DNA of 62,352 bases, the filler included, from Hausera hauseri (lineage: Eukaryota): assembly GCA_046269625.1 (NCBI GenBank). It is 9 parts of 9 records of this genome, joined end to end, with 100 filler letters (N's around TTAATTAATTAA, not from the genome) between each part and the next. Parts side by side here need not be neighbours in the genome. Positions count along the whole stretch, not along the records: positions 7,911 to 17,037 come from JBJURY010453245.1; positions 17,138 to 21,987 come from JBJURY010414700.1; positions 22,088 to 26,645 come from JBJURY010528234.1; 6 more parts are not named here. One strand, 5' to 3'. The translations under genes and the position numbers were made by a program. Of the stretch, positions 12,560 to 23,553 are shown piece by piece. The first letter of the stretch is position 1. Each line of letters begins with the position of its first letter. Below the pieces are notes generated by a model. It saw only the letters and a program-made list of their open reading frames with translations, had not been told where the DNA came from and did no database searches.

Positions 12560-13974
12560 CAGACCAATATCGTACATTCAGATAGTTTTAGCATTATCAT
12601 TAATTGCTTTTTATATTTCGAGAACACAAACTCAATGGTGGTACGATGAATTTACGCTAGGAGATATATACGGAATTCGGAAAAGTGGAATAAAAACGAG
12701 GAACAAACCAGAAAAGGAGGATTAACCCCGAATTAAATTCAAAAACAGGAAGACAATAGGAAGACTACTACAATCTATGGCATTCCATTACTACTCACCA
12801 AACTCCATATGTGTTGAATTTAAGGTCTGGAAACCATTCCGTGATTTCGGGAGATTTCAAATTGTCTTAGACGATGTAACAACAAAAGAAGCAAAGAATT
12901 ATGATTTTGAACCTGGAGGTTACACGCAATGCTGCGACATAGATTTTCGACACACTTATAACGTCACCTATCGCCTGTACTTACCGGACTCATCCGACGT
13001 TTATATTGAAACAAAACCGCAATTTCAGTTGTTTATTCCTGCATGGAACAGACATCATGGGATAAAACCCGACGAAATTCTGCGATCCACCGACCCATAT
13101 ATCCAGCTATTAGACGAAAATATCCAGAAAATTTCTGTAAACAAGGCAAAACAATGCATTCAAGTAGACGCCCGAACAGAGCTAACTGTTAGCCGAGAAA
13201 TTAGTATCACCTTCGAAGCGACAATTGGACCAACTCCGAAGATAGAATATTGTTCTATACGCGTAGATGTACAGCACCCCTATTGCAAACTGCCCGTGAA
13301 CCAAAAGTTCAAAATAAAATTTGACTTATACGAAGTACGACTTAACAAACCAAGTATACAGCTACGAACTTACTATCCAGAAAATAGAATAATGGAAATT
13401 TCAGCGGGAACCACGACCAGAGTCGACCATTAAAGTTAATTTAACTACCCTAACCGTTACAGCGAGCAACATACATATAGCAGAGTTGGAAAGCACACCT
13501 ATCAAATATTCGGCGCACCGGTATAAAATCGTGTTCTTTGTGGAAAAGAAACAAAATTACGATATACACATAAGTTATCGAACAACATATAATAATCAAA
13601 TTGTAACACTATTTAAAAATACTTATCAAACAGAATGAAACTTACTAAAACCACAATCTGAATACATAGTACAAGTGCATGCAGAGAACAAGCAAAAAAG
13701 AAAAATTACATTACGCACCTTAGACGAAATTCATACAGAACCGCACTTATATGCAGATGAAAACAACGAAAACACAATTTTATCTACTACCCAAGCACCG
13801 TTAGAATTAACCGTCTTACCGATTGTATCTATTGTTGCACTATCAACATTTCTTCTCATTATGTTAATTGCGATTTTTCGATTAGCTGCCCAAAACCATT
13901 ATTCCAAGCGTCCTAAAAATTCAGAATGGGAATTAAGGGAATTGGAAAATCCTATAGACCCTATGATAAAATAA
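12560..13974 (+). pseudogene. Type I membrane protein with fibronectin type III-like ectodomain, in frame with integrase
   Basis: Hydrophobic signal YIQIVLALSLIAFYISRTQT right after IN; SPNSICVEF...DIDFRHTYNVTY; canonical FN3 motif LKPQSEYIVQVHAEN (about 13642-13690); TM LPIVSIVALSTFLLIMLIAIF and a short tail. Confidence 0.7.
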
Positions 13975-14019
13975 CCTGACAGTTACAGATCAGGTTATTC
14001 TGTCATCAAACAAAGAATT

Positions 14020-14077
14020 TGTTTTGGTTTAAAACCATCCTTTGTTTTAAGATTAACCTTCATGTTTTTTTGTTCAG
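14020..14077 (+). promoter_or_regulatory. Putative splice acceptor (branch point + polypyrimidine tract + CAG) ahead of the accessory ORF
   Basis: gattaacc...catgtttttttgttcag: a T-rich island in an otherwise A-rich sense strand, followed by a long coding-like frame. Confidence 0.5.
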
Positions 14078-14729
14078 ATTGGTAAGTAATCAAACCCAGT
14101 TGAACCCAAGCCGACTTAAAATCGACACCGAAGAAACTACGAGCTGATTTAGAATCGACACCGAAAACGCTACAAGTCGACTTAGCATCGACGAATTTTT
14201 ACAGAAATATGTGACAGTACGGATCCCAAATTCAAAAGCCGCCTATAGGCAAATCAATACTGAATTACAAGGGAAGAACTTTGTTCAATACGGAAAAGTT
14301 AATGAAATCGCAAACGGTTTGAAAGGAATGAGCGAGGAGGCCAGAGCAGTATACTAGTATGCATGGATGTAGGACAAAGATGCTAGGGCATACCCTTTCA
14401 AACAAATCACTCAATATCAAACGGATAAAGAACAAAAAATATACCTACACGTGGCCGACGGAGAAATTTATTATAGACTAAAAGATCAGAAATGATACTG
14501 TTCACAAGAAAGGCAAAGCCGGTTTAGCACCTTCGTATTTGGCAGTAGGAGCTTCCACGATTACGAGCTAAAATTTCGCGTAGCCGCCTTACCAGTAAAA
14601 TTGATGATCGAAACAACGGAAGAAGAAGTAATACCTACCTCATTGCTACCCTTAGAGTTTAGACAAAGGCCCACGAAAGACGAATATGGCACACATCTAC
14701 ATTCGTTTAGATTGGTAGCCGATGAAAGA

Positions 14730-15250
14730 AACTTCAGGATTGTTGCAAAAACTATGGAGAAGGAGAAGAAAGAAATTATATTCCGATCGAAATATCCATT
14801 CAAGAAGAAAATGTGGCCGAGGTCTATTCGAAAATCATTAACCCGTAAAAGAAAGTGCTAGAAACTTATGCGGAAGTTACCGGGATTAAAAGTGAACAAT
14901 TGAATCATGGAAAGGATTCCAAGTTAGTACAACAAGAAGTAGCACAATGCTTCTATGGATACATCTTAGTGGGATATCAGATAGAGAGGATTATGAAGAA
15001 ATTAGCCATACCGGTAACGTATATAGCCGGAGTGAAAGAGAGATAGAAACCCACCCGACTATTATTAAACAAATGGGAATTAAGGCTAAAGAAAAATGGG
15101 CCATCTACCACTGTCCGTGGAAGGCCGTTTTAAGTTAATGGTAGAGGCCATGACCGGTGGAAATATAAAAATAAGCAGATTGCTCACTGCAAATCAAAGA
15201 TCCCAATATCTAAATGATATAAATGCTGGAATAAAGTGGGAACATGAATG
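14730..15250 (+). pseudogene. REX4/ISG20-like DEDDh 3'-5' exonuclease domain, catalytic residues apparently substituted
   Basis: IEISIQEENVAEVYSKIINP*KKVLETYAEVTGIKSEQLNHGKDSKLVQQEVAQCFYGYILVGYQIERIMKKL aligns by eye to REXO4-type ARVSIVN...VYDKYVKP...T.VSGI.PE.L..G.....VQKEVA..LKG.ILVGH.L.NDL..L. Confidence 0.75.
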
Positions 15251-16199
15251 GATTTCCAGCAACCCCGGGAAAAACCTACGAAATTTCCCCAAACCCGAAG
15301 GACTCAGCACACGATATCGTAAACATTTCGGACCATAATCTCCACCCAGGAATGTCGAAATTAAACCAATATGAAACTAGCAAATAATTATACAAGGATT
15401 GAAAACGGAGAAAATGGAGAATAAAACACGTACAGATAAAAACCCAGCATAAGTTATGGCGCCACCGCAGATAATAATCTATTTAAGATACCAGAAATTC
15501 CTCGGAAATACATAGAAGAAAAACATAGAAATTCAGAGACCGAAACCGGAAAAACAACTAAAAGGAAAACCTCCTTTTTCGATTACCTATTCAAGAAAAG
15601 AAGTAAAGAAGGAGAGAAAAGATTAAAGGAAGGACACAGGCTAGACAGAAAAGATTCAAAACCAACACGACTAGATAAACCAAGACAACCCGCGGAAAAA
15701 CTCTCAAAAATAGACATACAATCCCGCGTTGAAAAGTTCACGAGAAACCCAAGAAACCGGAAGAACAGATAACAGAAATAAACGTTCTACGGAAGAAGAC
15801 ATCCACAGAAGATGTGCACTACGCCACTACGGCAGACTACCCCAGGATGCTATTAGCCACAGAATATTACAGCAAACAGAAGATTAAAGAGGCAATGTTT
15901 TTTGTCAAACTAATGCCTGCCAGACAAGTTTACAAGAACACTTATGTCTGGGAAAATCCTAAGATTGGAAAATACGTTGCTCCGATATTTCAGTCCATGT
16001 GGATAAATCAGTTAAGCTACTACTAAAGAAACAGTACCAAAAATGCCGGTCGACTGGTAAAGTTCCCTATTTAGATCCAGATACTATCAGCAATTAGACC
16101 CTAATAGCCGTTGGATGCGACCCTAAAAAAAGCTCGATAAAGCGAAAGCAAAAAAGAATCTATGCCTACCTATACCAAGATGAGGAAGGCTTGATAGTA

Positions 16200-16526
16200 G
16201 AGCCTATTGAGATTATGTTAAGAGTGGATCTAGATGACGAAAATTGGGTGAGAGAGGAGAACGAATGTCCCGTATGTGAGGCAAATCTGAAACAAGGATA
16301 TGTAGTGTTAAATAACCCAGACTGCCGACATAAATATTGCAGAGACTGCCTAGAGAAATAAACGTTGGATAATGGAAAGACCACATGTCTAGAGTGCCGA
16401 GCTGAAGCTGCCGACCTAAAGTACTACTCAAACGGTAGCTATACCAGAATAGTTAAAATTAAGCCGTACCACAGTTTTAAATTAGAGACGAATACCAGAG
16501 AAAGCCAGCCTAGTACCAGTTCTTGA
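16200..16526 (+). pseudogene. C3HC4 RING-finger domain at the end of the accessory ORF
   Basis: CPVC-x14-CRHKYCRDCLEK*-x7-CLECR (16266-16400); the conserved Trp codon is replaced by TAA, so the ORF track misses it. Confidence 0.85.
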
Positions 16527-16617
16527 CCCAGTCTGAGAACACGCATGGACATGTTGCGTTTGCCTCGCCCTCGCGGCACCTCTCCTGACGCAATGGGGAC
16601 ATCCGAAGATGCCGTTC

Positions 16618-16629
16618 AGGGAGGAGAAG
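16618..16629 (+). other. Polypurine tract (PPT)
   Basis: agggaggagaag immediately before the TGTTACA LTR start. Confidence 0.85.
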
Positions 16630-16999
16630 TGTTACAAATGGTAGATACAATTGATAACGCCGTGAATAAGAAACGCGAACATTGTAAATAATTTATTAGA
16701 ATACCAACATTATAAATAATTTAGTGGAATAGAACTGTATCGTACCACTAGGATATATATATTATTTATGAATGAATAGACTAAAATTTTATTTGTATAG
16801 AATAGTGATAGAAAGAAACGAATGGCGTATAGTTGAAAATAAGAATTAATAATAAATAATGTATAGAATGGAGAAAATAATAGAGTGCGAATTAATAGTT
16901 TATGACGTACCAGACTATATAAAGAAGGCAGTTTGAAAATGAAGACAGAACTTACAACAGCGATTTGGTCGAGTTGAAGGATCAATTTGAATTGTTACA
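16630..16999 (+). repeat. 3' LTR (about 370 bp)
   Basis: Starts TGTTACAAAT after the PPT and ends ATTGTTACA (imperfect inverted termini); TATATAAA at about 16916. Confidence 0.75.
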
Positions 17000-17037
17000 G
17001 ACAGATATTGACTCATTGTGTTATTCTTGGAAACTGT

Positions 17038-17137
17038 NNNNNNNNNNNNNNNNNNNNNNNNNNNNNNNNNNNNNNNNNNNNTTAATTAATTAANNNNNNN
17101 NNNNNNNNNNNNNNNNNNNNNNNNNNNNNNNNNNNNN
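17038..17137. other. Artificial contig linker
   Basis: N44-TTAATTAATTAA-N44. Confidence 0.99.
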
Positions 17138-17529
17138 CAAATAATAATGAATACTTCTTAAGTATTTATTCAATATATGTTTTCACTAAATGATATGTTA
17201 AATATTTTCCCATATATTTTGCCATCATTCGACCTGTAATGTATGGCTCATAACTTGTTTATGTAAAGCGTTTCGCGTAAAGAAAATCAAATTCGGCCCC
17301 ATTCCCTTGTTCAATTAAATTACTATATAAAACAAAACACAAAAGACAGTGAGCAAAAAACGTTATTGATACATAAAAGAAAAATTATATACAATAGATA
17401 ATTGTCAAAATACTACCAAAGAAGTGTCTGTAAATAACAGATGATTTTTGCAGTAACTAGATCATTGCACTGCATCACATTGATGTGGTTGAATTGCGTT
17501 GTCAGAGCACCGAGTGTATGTACGTGTGT

Positions 17530-20500
17530 TTATTTCAACTGCAAATGTCCGTACGCCTAACTCTTATTCCGCTCCACCCACTTACGCTTATCATCATTAC
17601 ATGATAAATCGATTTTTGTATTAGTTACAGTATACAGCTGGTGTTCAATTGATCGGATAATCGTTTGAGACACAACCATTGATTGCCCTCCTTGTCGTTA
17701 TCCATATTCTTCTGCTCCTCCATCATAGCATGTAATAATCACCCTGGTTTATTTCCATCTGGGTCAGCTGAACTTCTTTCGCGCACATTTTTGGTCCACA
17801 GTCCGTCAGAAGACTGTAACACTGGACGCAGAAATATGCATTCCCGATACTGAACCCGACCTTTGCTTTCATCCTTGATTCAGCCAATTGTGTTTGTGAT
17901 AACGTTGCTGTACAACGGATGATTCTGTGATTAGTTGGACGTGTCCAGTAATCCGTCTTCCATTATTTGCCGCAGTAGTTTCTCGCAATTGACGTTTTAA
18001 GTTTGAGGAAGAAACTGTCACTGTCACCGGCAGTTATATTGATCATGCAGCCGTCAAACATTTGCCGCTATCGTGCCAAGTAACAATACTGCAGCTCACA
18101 TCCGTAGTTTGCTCAGATCCAATAGTACCTGTCCTATATAACTTGGCCAGTCCAGTACGACATCTTTTTTGTTTAAAAGTACGGCAACCAATCTATCGGG
18201 AATGTGCGTTGATCGCCTGAACTGAGCCTTGCTGGTGTACGTAACCAGCCGCTTTTTACTTTTTCATAGGCGCATATTGAGCCACTTTTTGAGATTCGCT
18301 ACTGTTTTTCCTTAGAGAGAATTGTTTTTCAGCTTGTAGTAGTCCTTTTCAAACTTGTTGCAAGCTGCAGCTCGTTTTGCCGAATTTCGAATGATGTATT
18401 ATTTGAATATCTGAGCCTGTGAGAATAGAATTGCGCGATGCAATTGTGTGACATGTACACCAAGCTGCATGTAAATTCATAATAGACGCCAACGAATAAT
18501 GTAATTTTTCTTCGGTTCATGCGTCATAAGCAGCTTCTTCACCTTTGACCCGGGTGGACATTGGTAGTTCATCTATGACTGAAAGTTCATCCAGAAAGTC
18601 AAGCAACTCATCTGGTATCATGAGGTCGACTTCCATTAGGTATCCAACTGAGCTGTTTTCTGCCGTGTCTGCTCTCGGCAGATCTTCCAGTATTTAGTCC
18701 AGATCTTCCTTGTAAAATATCCATTCTAATGAACCATACGGCAAGGGTTGCGAAAGCGTCCTGCCCTACAGGTTATTAATGCCGATATACAGCAGTGATG
18801 TAGTATTATAATTGGCAGCAGCAGCAGCACTAACATGATGCATTTTGACAAACGTCATGCCGCCACGAATACCTTCATCAAACAGTAAGTACATTTCTCG
18901 ATTTTGCAACAGCTCAATATCACGATACAATGTCATCAGGGCTGACGCCCAACTCATTTTCGGTATGAAATAAAAGTTGAGTGGCTCCAATCTATCTTCT
19001 TGTAGCGCTTTTATCCGAAATGACTGAAACACATCGGCTAATAAGTATACGCCCGGTTTTAAATACTGAAGCATGTACTTTTAAGCATATGCTTCCAGTT
19101 TTAAGTACTGAAACAGGTTTCTACATCCGAACTATGACAAAAATCCATGTGTTTTCTGCCATTCATTTTCTGTTATACCGGACAAACGCGGTGGTAATTC
19201 TTCTGTCGTTTGAAGCTGCTCATATGATATCAAAAAGTCGTATGGAAATATGCCTTTGCTACGTGCAATATGTACAGGGAACTGTGTTCATGTTAAGGCA
19301 CATCCGGCAAAGCATTTACCAGCTTAGCCAATGATTCATTTAGAAATTGCAATGAATTAAGGAATCGTACCTGGAACCGATTAATACGTACATACAGTGA
19401 TAAGTATTTTTCCATCATAGTCGGAATTACGGATAGTTCCCAGTGCGCAAATCCGCTTATTGCCGATTTAAAAATATGATGACAATCATAACCCCTGAAT
19501 TTATGAAATACCACCGATAGGAAGGGCCGCACACGCCTTGTTAAAATGCATGAATTACATACGGCTCCGAGATATCGACTGGTAAAATGATCGTGATCCG
19601 GTACGAGCTGTTCCTGTGCATCGAACGGTAATATTTTGTGACACAGATAACATTTATTGATAGCTAAAAAAATCAGCTGTTCGCCTTCGTCTGTCCAGAC
19701 CTAGGGTATAGTACAATTATTGCGATACCACGGTGCGATTTTCGCTTCTACTATTGTTTCCAACTGCTGCAGAAAATCGTGAATACAGTTCCAACCATGA
19801 AACACGTAATACTGTGGTTGATCAGTGGCTTTTATTGGAACAACCAACATATCGACAGCGACTGGAACATGTTTTTGGTCATATGCATTGTGCCGTGGTA
19901 GAATAGCTTTGATATTTGCATATACCACATATGCCGGACTGTTTGTTTTTGACCAGTCACGGAATGTGAGTTCCTTTTTGACGGGCATGACGTACATTAT
20001 TGTTCCTGACGAGTTTTGTTTGCGCAACGTCACATATTTTCCCCTGCTGTGTCTGAACTCAAACCATGCAGACATATAGGACACTATTTACACTGTATAC
20101 GCTTTTTTATGAACAAGTCATGGCCCACGTTCAACAGTCTGTCTAAATTTGTCACGGCCACGTAATGGAATTTTTCCCCATCCTTTATCTCTAACAGTAT
20201 AAAATTTAATGAGCGTCCATTCGAGTTCTGACTTCTATAGATTACGTCCACATGAGGATTCTTTTAAATCTCTTCACCTGCCGGTATTTCTACGACTGTG
20301 TTGTACCGGAACACGTTAATTGACAGTGTCCGATTACGCCGTTCAAAAGTCGGAATGGTTTTCAATTTCATCGGCATCCAACATTCATCAACGTACAATT
20401 CGGAAAAATACTGCCGATACTGATTTGGACGATATGCACTATGCCTATCCACTTGGTCATATTTTAACACGGCCAGAATACTGTAAATGAAACAGTATTC

Positions 20501-21270
20501 GTCGTCAGTATTTCTTACATTCACTACCGCCAGAGACTGCTTCAGAGTTGCAGGTGTCGGTATGAATGATCGCCCACACAAGTAAATTTTATCACTGGAC
20601 TTTGTTACAATAAAGCCGAGAGTGACAATTTGTATAATTCGCTAGCCACTAACTTTTTCGGTATATTTGGCCATTTTCTCATCCAGTCTTTCTTCTACAT
20701 CGGCAAAAAAATCTTCAGAATGTGGTACAGCTCGATGTGAGAGGTACCATTGTTTTCTGTCACCTTGCAAATTTTCTAATTCTGAAAGTGCATAATACTG
20801 CATTTTGCAGTAGTGTTGAAATTTTTTTACTTCCGATTCCAACCGGTTGCGCACACTGGAGGGTACATGCTTTAGTTGCGTTGTTGTTTTCGTTGGCATG
20901 TTTACTTTAATGTCCACGTACGATCTGTTTAGATCGTACATGACAGTAATGCCTCATTTCTGCTGCTGCTTCTGCTCTTTCTGCTGTTGTCGCTGCTGCT
21001 GATGCTGTTGTTGCTGCTACTGTTTGCTGATTTTTATGTATTCGTCAAGACTTGTGAATGCTTGACGTTTCCCGCCTGTTGAGGGAATGTTGTTGTTGTT
21101 TGTTGCGTCCATCATTATTTGCTTTTGGAGTGCTTAAACTGGTCCAAGTGGTCCTTGCGCTGGCTATAAAATTGTTCATAATTGATTTGTGCTGCGACTA
21201 TCGAAGAAAACCGGGTCCGTTTACCATGCACTGTTGTGGTGCCATAATATGACTATGACATCCATCCATG
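17530..21270 (-). pseudogene. Near full-length protein-primed DNA polymerase B gene (Polinton/adintovirus-like) with N-terminal domain, Endo VII-like zinc module, exonuclease and polymerase domains; heavily degraded; start approximate
   Basis: SFIPTP..L....AVVNVRNTDDEYCFIYSIL; VVYAN.(E)A; DHDHFT.RYLGAVCNSC; VVFHKFRGYDCH; GIRGG; INNL.G; DSF; LRP; DDKRKW; poly-Q near the N-terminus. Confidence 0.88.
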
Positions 21271-21323
21271 TTATGCACTTTACTATTACAGTATCGTGGG
21301 TGTGCGGATATAATCGAGAACGG

Positions 21324-21413
21324 AAATTCTAAATTTAAATTAGAAACATTTTTAAATTCTAAAAATTTAATTTAAGAGTGTCATATTAAAAGTATAATTT
21401 AAATTTAGAATTT
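21324..21413. repeat. Perfect 19-bp AT-rich inverted repeat between divergent ORFs
   Basis: aaattctaaatttaaatta (21324-21342) / taatttaaatttagaattt (21395-21413). Confidence 0.8.
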
Positions 21414-21476
21414 TTGTTTCCAAATAAGTATTTTGGATTACAGTAAAATTTTTCTACAACTGGTGTTTACTTTTCA

Positions 21477-21987
21477 ATGAGTAATTTCAAACGATCCCAT
21501 TCTGATTTAGCAGACATACCAGAGGGCGGGTATTTTCCAACCCTTCCCAAACTGGGCAATGACGTGGACGGCGTGGATGCGCACGCTGCCAGCATGGTGA
21601 CTTACGGCACAATGGACATCTTCTCGAACCAATTGTTGTCCAACAAATTCAGGAAAGGCGACGACGTGGAGAAGTTCATTAAAGCATGTGAAAAATTCTT
21701 TAAATATATGAACACTCCGACGGCGACACGGGAAATCATGTTTGAATGCCTCTTGGAGGAAGATGCACTAGAAAGATACGAGGCAGTAGATGCAAGAATA
21801 ACGGAATACCAAAACCGACTACGGAATGCTTTCTCACGACCCTCAACGCTATTCGAAGATCTAAAAGAAGCGCTTGAGTATAGAATGAACGGAGCTGAAT
21901 TTGAGGCTTACTTCGAGGCAATCGAGAAACTTCTGGATAAAGTTATGAAGCACAATCTTTCACACGAGGCTCTGAAAGAGGAACCAT
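21477..21987 (+). CDS. Gag-like (retrotransposon capsid) ORF, truncated at contig end; N-terminal part may belong to another gene
   Basis: KFRKGDDVEKFI..CE.FF...LL..DAL..Y...Y..RL..AF...YF..IE.L resembles a Ty3/Gypsy gag. Confidence 0.5.
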
Positions 21988-22087
21988 NNNNNNNNNNNNN
22001 NNNNNNNNNNNNNNNNNNNNNNNNNNNNNNNTTAATTAATTAANNNNNNNNNNNNNNNNNNNNNNNNNNNNNNNNNNNNNNNNNNNN
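21988..22087. other. Artificial contig linker
   Basis: N44-TTAATTAATTAA-N44. Confidence 0.99.
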
Positions 22088-22492
22088 ATATAACGAGGAT
22101 GCTAATGACGAAATCAAGAAAATAAGATATAAATGGCTGTGTCATATAACGAGGATGCTAATGACGAAATCAAGAAAATAAGATATAAATGGCTGTGTCA
22201 TATAACGAGGATGCTAATGAATAATGAAGAAAAGAAGATGGCTTTGTCTTAAAGCGAGGAAGCATTAACTGATACGCTGCACTGTCGCACCTAGAATCCA
22301 GTAGGAAACGAGAAAGGGACGAGCTAGAGAGAAGTGGAGTTGAAAAACAGAGGGAATGTAAATAGACACCGACAAGATCTGAAGTGAACTTTGCACGCAA
22401 CATAGGCCTAACTATCAGCTTCACACACATCATTATACTACGATAGTATGAATGTAATAAGCGAGAATAATATTATAAAACAATACGTGACA
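22088..22492 (+). repeat. Probable LTR remnant with a 56-bp tandem repeat (about 2.4 copies, 22088-22220)
   Basis: atataacgaggatgctaatgacgaaatcaagaaaataagatataaatggctgtgtc repeated; region ends in ...TACGTGACA, a typical LTR end. Confidence 0.5.
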
Positions 22493-23553
22493 ATGTTTAT
22501 CTGCATCGCCACGCTTAAGAACTGTAAACCTGCATAGGCATTTCAAACACTGTGCATTAAGATAGGAAATGGAACCTTTGTTTTTATTTTTATTGTATGT
22601 TACAGGTTAGGGGCAATTTTCTCGCCAATAGAATATCCAGTATTTTTTGCTGTCTAACTTTTTAAATTAGGGAGACGCCAAAAAGTTGTGTTCATGGTGA
22701 CTGGAGAGTGGAAGCTTTGAATCCTATTTAAAAAACTGAATGACTGCTAGGACTTTTAAGGGAGACCCATCAGTCACGTCACAGAAACACTTACAAGCAT
22801 GTCCTGTTGTTACCTACTGTTGAAACGGCTGTTTAGACTGTCTTAAAAATTGTCATGAATGTATGTTTCAATACATTATTGTTAATAAGCAAATAGAACT
22901 ATATCTTTCAAGCATGAATAGCGATAAGTGTAATGATTTTTTTTTTCGACAAAACTTTACGGTACTTATTATTTATAATTTATTTTATAACTTAATTTAT
23001 AAGCGCTACAGGTCAGTAAATAACAGTCCACGAGTAGACAAAATAACTATCTGGTGGTAAATTCATTGAAAGAATAATTTGGATAACGAAATAAACATTG
23101 ATTTGTTATTAACTAGGCTACTGTCAAATGTAAGTAACATTTTGATTTGTTCCCGTTCGATTCCAACGATGTCGATTACAGCGTTTCTTTCAGCCGATTT
23201 TCTCCGGGGGGGCATTTTGGTTTTTCGGGAGGGCTCGGGGGGGGGGGTGACAATGCGGTCTCATGTGTAGGCCTACATATTCTTCGCGTTAAGATAAAGT
23301 GTAGCTTATTTAACAGAATATTTTAGACCTGCATATTAGGGTACATCGTCATCTAAAAAATTTTCTAAGATAAGGTGACCATACGTCTCCGTTTTCATAG
23401 GACAGTCCCTGTTTTCGGACAGCAGTCTCCGCTCAGAAACATGTCCACGTTTTGACCCCGGTTTCAGATGTCGTTCCCTGTTTCAGATGATTTTCTTTTC
23501 TATATGTATCTTATCAGAGCTACTAGGTCTACATGAGCAGTTGAATGTAGACC

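Larger units (their letters stand above)
7911..16999 (+). mobile_element. Large decayed virus-like Ty3/Gypsy LTR retroelement with envelope-like and accessory genes; 5' part missing at contig edge
   Basis: PR-RT-RH-IN order, PPT at 16618-16629, TGTTACA...TGTTACA LTR, extra ORFs on both sides of pol. Confidence 0.88.

Noticed and set aside
9030-16526. Alternative genetic code or programmed readthrough explaining the in-frame stops
   Set aside because: All three stop codons occur, at former Trp/Gln/Arg positions, together with frameshifts; this fits mutational decay
1-21987. Reading the window as a giant-virus or single viral genome because of the polB genes
   Set aside because: The polB genes are protein-primed Polinton-type pseudogenes on separate contigs; no capsid or NCLDV core genes were recognised
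22088-22220. 56-bp repeats as a CRISPR array
   Set aside because: Head-to-tail copies with no unique spacers, in a eukaryotic LTR-like context
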